Source: an uncultured Candidatus Saccharibacteria bacterium (GTDB lineage: Bacteria > Patescibacteriota > Minisyncoccia > Phycocordibacterales > SBAW01). From it: a stretch of 64,000 nt of DNA. The position numbers and the translations under genes are program-made. The DNA is taken from the NCBI GenBank assembly GCA_964566795.1, contig CAZMIU010000001.1, forward strand, positions 479,090 to 543,089. Reading direction: 5' to 3'. Shown here in pieces: positions 9,023 to 17,101 of the stretch (position 1 is its first letter; every line of letters begins with the position of its first letter). The notes beneath the pieces were generated by a model. It made no database searches. It was not told the DNA's origin and was given only the letters and a program-made list of their open reading frames with translations.

Positions 9023-9098
9023 GCGCTCGTAGCTCAATGGATAGAGTACTTGGCTTCGAACCAAGGGGTTGGGGGTTCGAGTCCCTCCGAGCGCACCA
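9023..9098 (+). tRNA. tRNA-Arg (anticodon TCG), CCA encoded
   Basis: Acceptor gcgctcg/cgagcgc, anticodon stem cttgg/ccaag, loop cttcgaa, T-loop ttcgagt, 3' aCCA. Confidence 0.75.
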
Positions 9099-9109
9099 GA
9101 AGATATTAC

Positions 9110-10579
9110 ATGGAAATTAAACCAAGCCAAATACCCCCAGAAGTCCTGGCTGTTATAGAGACACTCAAGAGGGAAGGGCACGAGGCCTATATTGTAGGCG
9201 GCTGTGTACGTGACCTCTTGCTGGGCCGCAAACCCAAAGATTGGGACGTAACCACCAACGCCACACCCGAAGATATCCAAAATTTGTTTGAGGAAACCTA
9301 CTACACCAACGAATTTGGCACTGTAGGGGTCGTAAACGCCTCTGTGAGCGACGAAAGCCTTAAAGTCGTGGAAGTGACCCCGTACAGACTAGAGGGCCGC
9401 TACAGCGATTCTAGACGGCCTGACAACGTGGTGTTTAGCCAGAGTCTTGTCGATGACCTTAAGCGCCGCGACTTTACCATCAACGCATTGGCCTACGACC
9501 CCGCACAAGGGAAGTTGGTTGACCTTTATGACGGTGTAAGAGACATCGAGGGTAAGCTCCTGCGCGCAGTGGGCGAGCCCAAGGCACGCTTTGAGGAGGA
9601 CGCCCTGCGTTTGCTGAGGGCTATCCGCATATCGGCGGAACTCGGCTTTGCCATAGAGGGCCACACCCTGGCCGCTATAGGCGAAACTGCCTCTAAGCTC
9701 GAGATGATCTCTAAGGAGCGCGTCCAGGCTGAGTTCGTGCGTATACTCAACTCGGGGAAGCCCATGGACGCCCTTATACTCTGCCACAAGTTGGGGTTAC
9801 TCAAGTACATCGCCCCAGAGCTCGAGGAGGGGATTGGTATCGAGCAGAACCAGGCCCACAGCTTTGACGTATGGGAGCACAACCTGCGCTCCTTGCAGCA
9901 CGCTGCCGACAAAGGGTGGCCTTTTAGCGTACGTATTGCGGCCCTGTTCCACGACGTGGGCAAGCCCAAAACCCGCCGCCGCGACGAGGCAAGGGGGGAT
10001 TGGACCTTCCACGGCCACGACGTGGTGGGCGCCCGCATGACCCGCAAAATTCTGGAGAACCTCAAGTTTTCACGAGAAACGGTAGACAACACCGCCAACC
10101 TGGTGCGCTGGCACATGTTTTTTAGCGACCCGGACAAGATAACGCTCTCGGCGGTGCGCCGGATTATCCGCAATGTGGGCCCCGAGCACATCGAGGAGCT
10201 CATCAACCTGCGGATCTGCGACCGCATAGGCACCGGCAGGCCCAAGGAACAACCCTTTAGGCTGCGCAAGTATCAAGCCATGATTGAGGAGGCCTTAAGA
10301 GACCCTATAAGCGTCTCGATGCTCAAGATCGATGGCGCCAAACTCATGGAGATGGGGCACAAGCCGGGCCCGAAATTTAGCTGGGTACTGCACGCACTCC
10401 TTGAGGAGGTTCTAGACGACCCTAAGCGCAACGTGGCAGAGTATTTAGAGGGTAGGGCAGGGGAGTTGTTTGCCCTGCCGGATGAGGAGTTGCGCAAGCT
10501 AGGAGAGGAAGGCAAAGAGAAAAAGGACGAGGCCGAGCAGGCAGAGATAAAGGACATCCACAAAAAACATTTTGTATAG
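9110..10579 (+). CDS. cca: CCA-adding tRNA nucleotidyltransferase with HD domain
   Basis: Pol-beta nucleotidyltransferase head (GGCVRDLLLGRKPKDWD) and HD domain (FHDVGKP...HGHD). Start trimmed to ATG 9110, downstream of the tRNA. Confidence 0.9.
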   Translation: MEIKPSQIPPEVLAVIETLKREGHEAYIVGGCVRDLLLGRKPKDWDVTTNATPEDIQNLFEETYYTNEFGTVGVVNASVSDESLKVVEVTPYRLEGRYSDSRRPDNVVFSQSLVDDLKRRDFTINALAYDPAQGKLVDLYDGVRDIEGKLLRAVGEPKARFEEDALRLLRAIRISAELGFAIEGHTLAAIGETASKLEMISKERVQAEFVRILNSGKPMDALILCHKLGLLKYIAPELEEGIGIEQNQAHSFDVWEHNLRSLQHAADKGWPFSVRIAALFHDVGKPKTRRRDEARGDWTFHGHDVVGARMTRKILENLKFSRETVDNTANLVRWHMFFSDPDKITLSAVRRIIRNVGPEHIEELINLRICDRIGTGRPKEQPFRLRKYQAMIEEALRDPISVSMLKIDGAKLMEMGHKPGPKFSWVLHALLEEVLDDPKRNVAEYLEGRAGELFALPDEELRKLGEEGKEKKDEAEQAEIKDIHKKHFV

Positions 10580-10602
10580 CAGATACTGTCCCAAATAAGT
10601 GT

Positions 10603-10611
10603 TTATCCACA
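10603..10611 (+). promoter_or_regulatory. perfect DnaA box TTATCCACA in a 490-bp AT-rich non-coding gap
   Basis: Exact 9-mer consensus; isolated copy. Confidence 0.3.
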
Positions 10612-11071
10612 ACGTTGTCCTTTACATTGTCTTTTATAACCGTAGTATTCATATCAGACATAACGTACTTACTGCTTAACAAAAACTCTCCCAGTTTTTA
10701 AAGCCCTAAGAACGAGTTCTTTATACATCGTTGAAACAAGGTCTCTTGCCCTGTAGACCGCTATTCAACAACAGGAATCTGCAGGTTCCTGGAGCCATTT
10801 CACGACACCTCTTTGAGGCGAGGATGCAAATCCTTCAACCTTCTAAAAGTGGATTCAAACATCCGTTTGGTCTCACTTAATCGACCGAGGAAAAACGGTT
10901 AAGAACAAGAGATGCCATGAGATACCGGCTCAAAAACAAGCCACCGCGACGGGATAAATAACAACTCCACCCCAGACCGGTGGCTTTTGTATTTCTAAAA
11001 TAGATCTTATTTAAGCTCTATAGTGACGGGGCCGGGATCGGAGCGCCGCCACTCTAGACGCATAATAATGG

Positions 11072-11875
11072 TTAGTCTCTGATTTCTATCGTCACCGGGC
11101 AATGATCGCTTCCCATGACGTCGGCCAAAATTTTGGCGGATTTTATCTTTTTGGCGAGTGCTTTGGAGACAAACCAGTAGTCTATGCGCCAGCCCACGTT
11201 CCTCTCACGGGATAGGGCGAAGTGGCTCCACCACGTGTAGTGGCCATTGCCTTTGGTAAACAATCTAAACGTGTCCACAAACCCGGCTGCAATCATATTG
11301 TCGATGCCGGAGCGCTCCTCCTTAGTAAAGCCCTTCTTGCCCTCGTTTGGCTTGGGGTTGGCGAGATCGTCCGCGGTATGCGCCACGTTTAAGTCGCCGC
11401 AAAACACCACGGGCTTCTCCACATCTAACCGTTTCATATACTCCAAAAAGGCCGGGTCCCACTGCTTATGCCGCAAGGGGATGCGCGAGAGGTCGTCCTT
11501 GCTGTTGGGGGTGTAGACCGTTACAACCCAAAAATCCTCCAACTCAAGCGCAATAACGCGGCCCTCGCGGTTAGGGTCACCATAAGAGTCGTTATGGAGC
11601 TTGTACTTTTTACATAGGTCCTCGGGCAAGCCGTGCACCTCGTCTAATACCTCTATGTCTTTTTTTACAAAAATGGCGGTGCCGGAATAGCCCTTCTTTT
11701 CCGCGCTGTTCCAAAACTCCTCGTACTGTGGCAGATCAATCTGTGCCTGGCCGCGCTCGGCCTTGGTCTCTTGCAGACACAAGACATCGGGCTTTTCTTT
11801 TTTAACAAACTCCCCAAACGTGCCCTTTTTTACCACGGCGCGTATTCCGTTTACATTCCAACTAATCAGCTTCAT
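11072..11875 (-). CDS. xth: exodeoxyribonuclease III
   Basis: EEP nuclease family: MKLISWNVNGIRA...LCLQETK...GDLNVAH...SDHCPV. Internal Met used as start. Confidence 0.92.
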   Translation of the reverse strand: MKLISWNVNGIRAVVKKGTFGEFVKKEKPDVLCLQETKAERGQAQIDLPQYEEFWNSAEKKGYSGTAIFVKKDIEVLDEVHGLPEDLCKKYKLHNDSYGDPNREGRVIALELEDFWVVTVYTPNSKDDLSRIPLRHKQWDPAFLEYMKRLDVEKPVVFCGDLNVAHTADDLANPKPNEGKKGFTKEERSGIDNMIAAGFVDTFRLFTKGNGHYTWWSHFALSRERNVGWRIDYWFVSKALAKKIKSAKILADVMGSDHCPVTIEIRD

Positions 11876-11975
11876 GGGGCAATGATACCAAATAGCGCCT
11901 AAGGGTTTACAGAGCACAAAGGCATGGTAGAGTCGGGGCGGGAAACCTCCCAAGCTCCAAAAAGGGACACATACG

Positions 11976-12218
11976 ATGAGGAAAGCTCTTTTGTTTGCTG
12001 CGGCGGTGGCTATAGCCACCGTGAGCATCCCGAGCGATGCCGATGCACAGTATCGCCGACACGGGGTCCACCGCGGACACGGGCATCACTACCACGCGCC
12101 GCCCCGCACGACACACCGCCACTACCACTATGGTCGCCGGTACAGCCCGCCGCCGCGCTACTATTACTACTCGCCGCCGTGTAGGCTTGTTGTCAACGGC
12201 GTCTGCGTCCGCAGATAG
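11976..12218 (+). CDS. small secreted His/Tyr/Arg/Pro-rich peptide (80 aa)
   Basis: Signal peptide MRKALLFAAAVAIATVSIPSDADA. Mature part HRGHGHHYHAPPRTTHRHYHYGRRYSPPPRYYYYSPP. Followed by hairpin 12237..12264. Confidence 0.5.
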   Translation: MRKALLFAAAVAIATVSIPSDADAQYRRHGVHRGHGHHYHAPPRTTHRHYHYGRRYSPPPRYYYYSPPCRLVVNGVCVRR

Positions 12219-12236
12219 CCGCCACAACTTGCCCGA

Positions 12237-12264
12237 GCCGCCCCTATAATCTGGGGCGGCTTCT
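12237..12264 (+). terminator. hairpin terminator-like element after the small peptide gene
   Basis: gccgcccc-tataatc-ggggcggc followed by ttct (weak T-run). Confidence 0.4.
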
Positions 12265-12397
12265 ACGTTGTGCCCCACCAGATAAGCAAGGCGGGGACCA
12301 CAAGCCACAGGAGACCCTTGATAGTAAAAAATAAAAACGCCCCCACGCCCGCATACTTAAGCCACTTCTTCTTGTTTTTACTATCGTCGCTGTCCAT
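12263..12397 (-). CDS. small membrane protein (44 aa)
   Basis: Hand translation MDSDDSKNKKKWLKYAGVGAFLFFTIKGLLWLVVPALLIWWGTT. Start overlaps the last codons of xerC. No clear SD. Confidence 0.3.
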   Translation of the reverse strand: MDSDDSKNKKKWLKYAGVGAFLFFTIKGLLWLVVPALLIWWGTT

Positions 12398-13310
12398 GGA
12401 ATTTTTTGTGGACCTCTCTTAAATGCTTGTCTGTCACATGGGTGTACACCTGGGTTGTGGCAATGTTTTGGTGGCCTAAGAGTGCCTGCACGCTGCGCAG
12501 GTCTGCGCCACTCTCAAGCAGGTCGGTGGCAAAGGAGTGGCGAATGACGTGCGGGGTTACCTTGCGCGTTATGCCTGCCTTGGTGGCATAGTGCTTAATC
12601 ATGCGCTCTACCGAGCGCGGCGTGAGCCGCAGGTCTTTGGCGTTTTTACTATTTTTGCCCATCTGCACAAACAGTGCGTCGTCTACATCGCCGCGCTTGT
12701 CCAAGTATTTCTTAATAGCGTCCTTGGCGGCAGGGGAGAGGAACACCACCCGCACCTTCTCGCCTTTGCCGCGCACGCTAAACTCGTCGCGGCTTAAGTC
12801 GAGGTCGCGGCTAAGGGAGCACAGCTCGGAGACACGCAAGCCCGTACTAAACAGGAGCTCCATAATAGCTTTGTCACGCAGCGCCGTGAGCAGGGCAGCG
12901 GGGGATTTACTCTGTGTGGGCTGGCTGGGGCCTGCCATAAGCCTCTCGAGCTCGCTACTAGAGATTAGGTCTAAGTCGCGCTGACCCACCTTGGCGAGCT
13001 CTATTCTCTCCGGGTTAAGGCTCTCAATATCGCGCTTACGCAGGAATTTGAGGAACGCGCGCAGGCTAATCATGTAGTAGTTAATGGTCTTGAGCTTCAT
13101 AGTCCCGCTTATACCCGGTTGGCGGTTAAGGTGGATACGAAACTCTCTAATAGCCTGCTCGGTCACTTTGGCAGGGGAGGAGATACCCGTGTGGGCTAAA
13201 AAACGGCTCAAATAGCGGTCATAGTTCTCGACCGTCTTTATTGAGCGCCCCTTCTCAATCTCCAGATACTCCAAAAACTGGGATTTGAGGTCCTTTAGAT
13301 CGGTTGCCAT
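12381..13310 (-). CDS. xerC: tyrosine recombinase XerC/XerD family
   Basis: N-terminal SAM-like domain plus catalytic R...HxxR...Y (VIRHSFATDLLESGADLRSVQALLGHQNIATTQVYTHV). Confidence 0.9.
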   Translation of the reverse strand: MATDLKDLKSQFLEYLEIEKGRSIKTVENYDRYLSRFLAHTGISSPAKVTEQAIREFRIHLNRQPGISGTMKLKTINYYMISLRAFLKFLRKRDIESLNPERIELAKVGQRDLDLISSSELERLMAGPSQPTQSKSPAALLTALRDKAIMELLFSTGLRVSELCSLSRDLDLSRDEFSVRGKGEKVRVVFLSPAAKDAIKKYLDKRGDVDDALFVQMGKNSKNAKDLRLTPRSVERMIKHYATKAGITRKVTPHVIRHSFATDLLESGADLRSVQALLGHQNIATTQVYTHVTDKHLREVHKKFHGQRR

Positions 13311-13455
13311 AGCCTTATTATATGTCGCAAAATATTTTAGGGTGCCTACCCAGGCAGGCTAGGGAGCCCTTGCAAAAAACAAGCGCCTGTGCTATGGTTA
13401 TTGACACAGGGCCCAATTGAGGTTTAAACAACCAGAGACTCTGTTTATATACATC

Positions 13456-13722
13456 ATGCTTACCAAGCAGAAAAAGGCAAAAACTATCAAGGAGACCGCC
13501 GTCCATGACAAGGACACGGGCTCTCCTGAGGTGCAGGTTGCACTCCTTTCTAAAAAGATCGACGAGCTTACGTCGCATTTGCGCAAGCACACTAAGGACA
13601 AGCACTCCCGCCGCGGCCTCTTGCAGATGGTTGCAGACCGCCGTACTCATTTGAAGTACCTCGAGGGCAAGAACAAGAAGCGCTACAGCGCTCTTATCAA
13701 GAAGCTCGGTCTCAAGAAGTAA
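13456..13722 (+). CDS. rpsO: 30S ribosomal protein S15
   Basis: S15 signature ([35 protein letters not shown]). Internal Met used as start. Confidence 0.93.
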   Translation: MLTKQKKAKTIKETAVHDKDTGSPEVQVALLSKKIDELTSHLRKHTKDKHSRRGLLQMVADRRTHLKYLEGKNKKRYSALIKKLGLKK

Positions 13723-13905
13723 ACTTTTTGCCGCGTCTCTGCGCGGTTCATGAAATATCCCAATCTCTGGGGTGTATACTTTATTAGTAGTTCGATTATT
13801 TTTTAAGTTTTCGCATAGAACAGGCGCGGGTTGGCATATTGTTTGCCTCTCACACCTGGGCTAGAGCGACCACAACCATGGAGCTTTGCTCCAAATCAAA
13901 ATTGT

Positions 13906-14571
13906 ATGGCTGTAATTAAACACAAAAGCCAGCGTGTCGGCGTATTTATTGACACGCAAAACCTCTACCACAGCGCCAAAAATCTTTATAAAGCAAAGGT
14001 CAACTTTGGCCAGGTAGTAAAAGAGGCTGTCGCGGGCCGTACCCTTATCAGGGCTCTGGCCTACGTTATCCGCACCGAGAGCGAGGAGGAAAAGGGCTTC
14101 TTTGAGGCGCTTAACAAGCTCGGCATCGAGACAAGGGTTAAGGACATCCGCGTCTTTGCCGGGGGTGCCAAGAAGGCCGACTGGGACCTGGGCACCGTTA
14201 TAGACGTGGTTGCCATGGCGCAGAAGCTCGACACTATCATCTTGGCCACCGGTGATGGCGACTTTGTACCGCTTGTGGAGTACCTTAAGTACGCACACGG
14301 CTGCCAGGTCGAGGTTATCGCCTTTGGCAAATCGTCCTCGGGCCAGCTACGCGAGGCTGCAGACGACTTTATCGACATGTGTGACGACCCGCGCAACTTC
14401 CTTATCGGCTATCGCGGGGGGAGCAAGTGGATACCGGGCTTTGGCTCGGCCGGTCAGGACCGCAACAGCGGCAGGGTTAACGCAGACACAAGCCCCGACA
14501 CCACCGAGGCGCCCCCGCAAGAGTTCCCCGATGGGGAGGACCCGGCTATCAAGATGAGCGGGGAGGAGTAA
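13906..14571 (+). CDS. NYN-domain (LabA-like) putative RNase, acidic C-terminal tail
   Basis: VGVFIDTQNLYHSAK...ILATGDGDF matches PF01936. Sits between rpsO and pnp. Confidence 0.75.
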   Translation: MAVIKHKSQRVGVFIDTQNLYHSAKNLYKAKVNFGQVVKEAVAGRTLIRALAYVIRTESEEEKGFFEALNKLGIETRVKDIRVFAGGAKKADWDLGTVIDVVAMAQKLDTIILATGDGDFVPLVEYLKYAHGCQVEVIAFGKSSSGQLREAADDFIDMCDDPRNFLIGYRGGSKWIPGFGSAGQDRNSGRVNADTSPDTTEAPPQEFPDGEDPAIKMSGEE

Positions 14572-14595
14572 AAATTTAATACCAATTAATTGAGA

Positions 14596-14635
14596 AGCCT
14601 GGCCTTTCTTTACGAAGGCAGGCTTTTTCAGTTTT
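14596..14635 (+). terminator. rho-independent terminator after the NYN gene
   Basis: agcctggcc...ggcaggct hairpin followed by TTTTT. Confidence 0.65.
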
Positions 14636-14659
14636 ATAGACAGAAAGCTGTACAATAGT

Positions 14660-14688
14660 TGCATTAAAAATAGCGCTATGGTATAGTA
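14660..14688 (+). promoter_or_regulatory. sigma70-like promoter (TTGCAT-17-TATAGT)
   Basis: Good -35/-10 hexamers with 17-nt spacing, immediately upstream of a structured region that ends in a strong terminator. Confidence 0.4.
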
Positions 14689-14695
14689 TGTTTAG

Positions 14696-14818
14696 CTCAG
14701 TTCTATCGGTTCGCTCAGGCGAACCAACGAGGCCCCATGTGCAGCGTTCCCATTACGCCCCCTAGCTGCACACCCCACCGCCTGCCAGTCTCCCCACTGG
14801 CAGGCGGTTTTATTTTTC
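14696..14818 (+). ncRNA. candidate small RNA or pnp leader/attenuator (about 120 nt, three hairpins plus terminator)
   Basis: Bounded by the promoter at 14660..14688 and the terminator at 14778..14818. Hairpins ggttcgc/gcgaacc and tgtgcagc/gctgcaca. No ORF. Confidence 0.3.
14778..14818 (+). terminator. strong rho-independent terminator
   Basis: ccgcctgccag-tctcccca-ctggcaggcgg followed by TTTTATTTTT. Confidence 0.8.
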
Positions 14819-14935
14819 TATAAAGCTTGTTACCCTTTAGGTAGTTCGATTACAAAATAATTCAGAAGCGGGCGGATAGGTAGGCCAATAAGCCCCGGGC
14901 TTATGACCTAAAATCTGCGCGCTTCGCATATCGAC

Positions 14936-17101
14936 ATGCAAAGCAAAAGCTATACGCTTGAGATAGGGGGTAAGACACTCAGTGCAGAGTTTAGTGACCT
15001 GGCAGAGCAGGCACAGGGCTCAGTTATCATGCGCTACGGCGACACGGCCGTGCTCGCCACCGCTGTCATGTCTCACCGCACACGCGATGACATCGATTAT
15101 TTCCCGCTCACAGTCGACTTTGAGGAGCGTTACTACGCGGCGGGTGCAATTTTGGGCAGCCAGTACATGCGCCGCGAGGGGAGACCCTCCGAGAACGCAA
15201 TACTTAGCGGCCGCATTGTAGACCGCACTATACGCCCGCTTTTTTCATCACATATACGAAACGAAGTGCAGGTTGTGGTAACCGTGCTTGCTTTGGGTGA
15301 GGACGACCCGCAACACCTCGCGGTTAATGCGGCGTCGCTGGCGCTCGCGACATCTCCTATACCGTGGGGCGGGCCAGTGGCCGCGGTGCGCATTGGCAGC
15401 AACCTGGCTATCAACCCGACGTACAAAGAGCGCGAGAGCATGGACCTCGATATTTTGGCGTGCGGCAAAGACGGCACCATAAACATGATAGAGGTGGGCT
15501 CCAAAGAAGTGGGGGAGGACACGATAGCGGCAGGCTTTGCCAAGGCCGTGGAGGAGCACAACAAGATTTTGGCGTGGCAAAAGGAGATCATTAAGGAAAT
15601 AGGCAAGGAAAAGAAGGTGGTGGAGAAGCTGGCTTTGCCGCAGGCTCTCACCGATCTCTACCAGGCAGAGTTCGCAAACAAGATGACCGCGGCAGTATTT
15701 TGCGGCGCACCGAGCAAAGACGCCATACACGAGCTACAGGACGCATGGATGACACGGATAGCGGAGGTTGAGGAACTCAAGGAGATGAAGGGTATCGCCA
15801 AGCGCTTTTTGGAGGACAAGGTAGACGAGGAGATCCACCGCGGCGCCATTGAGGACAATAAGCGCGCAGACTCTCGCCGCTTTGATGAAGTGCGCCCCCT
15901 GTTTGCCAAGGCGGGCGGGGTCTCGAGCATGCTGCATGGCTCGGGTATCTTTTATCGCGGGGGCACGCACGTGTTTACGGCGCTTACCCTGGGCGGCCCC
16001 GGCGAGCAGCTCATTGTCGACTCGATGGAGAAGCACGACACCAAGCAGCGCTTTATGCATCATTACAACTTCCCGCCGTACTCCAGCGGCGAGACAGGCC
16101 GCATAGGTGGTGTTAACCGCCGCGCAGTGGGCCACGGCGCTCTGGCGCAAAAGGCGCTCGAGGCGGTGTTGCCGACTCATGAGCAGTTCCCCTACACCAT
16201 ACGCCTGGTGTCGGAGTGCCTCGCCTCCAACGGCTCTACCTCTATGGGCTCGGCATGTGCCTCGACACTCGCACTTATGGACGGCGGTGTACCTATCAAG
16301 GCTCCGGTAGCAGGTATCGCGATGGGGGTCATGACACACGGCGGTGAGCACCGCGTGCTCACAGACATCCAGGGGCCAGAGGACGAGTTTGGCGGGATGG
16401 ACTTTAAAGTGGCGGGCACACGCGAGGGCGTGACCGCCATACAGCTCGATATTAAACTCGACGGCATCCCGGTTGATATTTTGGTCGAGGCCCTGGCAGC
16501 TGCCAAGAAGGCCCGCTACCACATACTCGACGTGATTGAGGCAGCACTCGCGGCACCGCGCCCAGCAATAAGCCCGCGCGCACCTGAGATACTCTCGCTT
16601 AAGGTCAAGCCAGACCAGATTGGCCTTGTGATAGGCGCAGGAGGCAAGACTATTAACGGTATCCGCGAGGTCACGGGGGTCGCGGACATTACCATTGAGG
16701 ACGACGGCTCGGTATTTATTACCGGCCGCGGCGGCTCTGCACAGACCGCCAAGGCCATGATCGAGGCACTGGTTAAGGAGTACAAGCCCGGCGAGGTGTA
16801 CGACGGCGAGGTAACGCGGCTTATGGACTTTGGCGCGTTTGTGCGCGTCGGGCCCGGCAAAGACGCCGAAGGCTTGGTGCACGTAAGCGAGGTTGCGCCG
16901 TTTAGAATCAACAAGATATCTGATGCCGTAGCAGTGGGGGATAAAGTGCGCGTTATGATAAAAGAGATAGACGACAAAGGCCGTATCAATCTCTCTATCA
17001 AGATGGCAGACCCGGAGTTTGCCATCAAGAAGGGCCTTACTCCATCATCCAATGCCTCCTCAGACTCCAGACCCCCACGCCGCCCCGACCCCACCTCCTA
17101 A
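14936..17101 (+). CDS. pnp: polyribonucleotide nucleotidyltransferase (PNPase)
   Basis: Two RNase PH domains, KH and S1 domains; full-length similarity. Confidence 0.95.
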   Translation: MQSKSYTLEIGGKTLSAEFSDLAEQAQGSVIMRYGDTAVLATAVMSHRTRDDIDYFPLTVDFEERYYAAGAILGSQYMRREGRPSENAILSGRIVDRTIRPLFSSHIRNEVQVVVTVLALGEDDPQHLAVNAASLALATSPIPWGGPVAAVRIGSNLAINPTYKERESMDLDILACGKDGTINMIEVGSKEVGEDTIAAGFAKAVEEHNKILAWQKEIIKEIGKEKKVVEKLALPQALTDLYQAEFANKMTAAVFCGAPSKDAIHELQDAWMTRIAEVEELKEMKGIAKRFLEDKVDEEIHRGAIEDNKRADSRRFDEVRPLFAKAGGVSSMLHGSGIFYRGGTHVFTALTLGGPGEQLIVDSMEKHDTKQRFMHHYNFPPYSSGETGRIGGVNRRAVGHGALAQKALEAVLPTHEQFPYTIRLVSECLASNGSTSMGSACASTLALMDGGVPIKAPVAGIAMGVMTHGGEHRVLTDIQGPEDEFGGMDFKVAGTREGVTAIQLDIKLDGIPVDILVEALAAAKKARYHILDVIEAALAAPRPAISPRAPEILSLKVKPDQIGLVIGAGGKTINGIREVTGVADITIEDDGSVFITGRGGSAQTAKAMIEALVKEYKPGEVYDGEVTRLMDFGAFVRVGPGKDAEGLVHVSEVAPFRINKISDAVAVGDKVRVMIKEIDDKGRINLSIKMADPEFAIKKGLTPSSNASSDSRPPRRPDPTS

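Noticed and set aside
9526-10269. 247-aa ORF antisense to cca
   Set aside because: Entirely inside the cca gene on the opposite strand; Ser/Arg-rich low-complexity translation.
15734-16882. 382-aa ORF antisense to pnp (and 15133..15730, 16516..17094)
   Set aside because: Antisense to PNPase; typical long spurious ORFs in a high-GC coding region.
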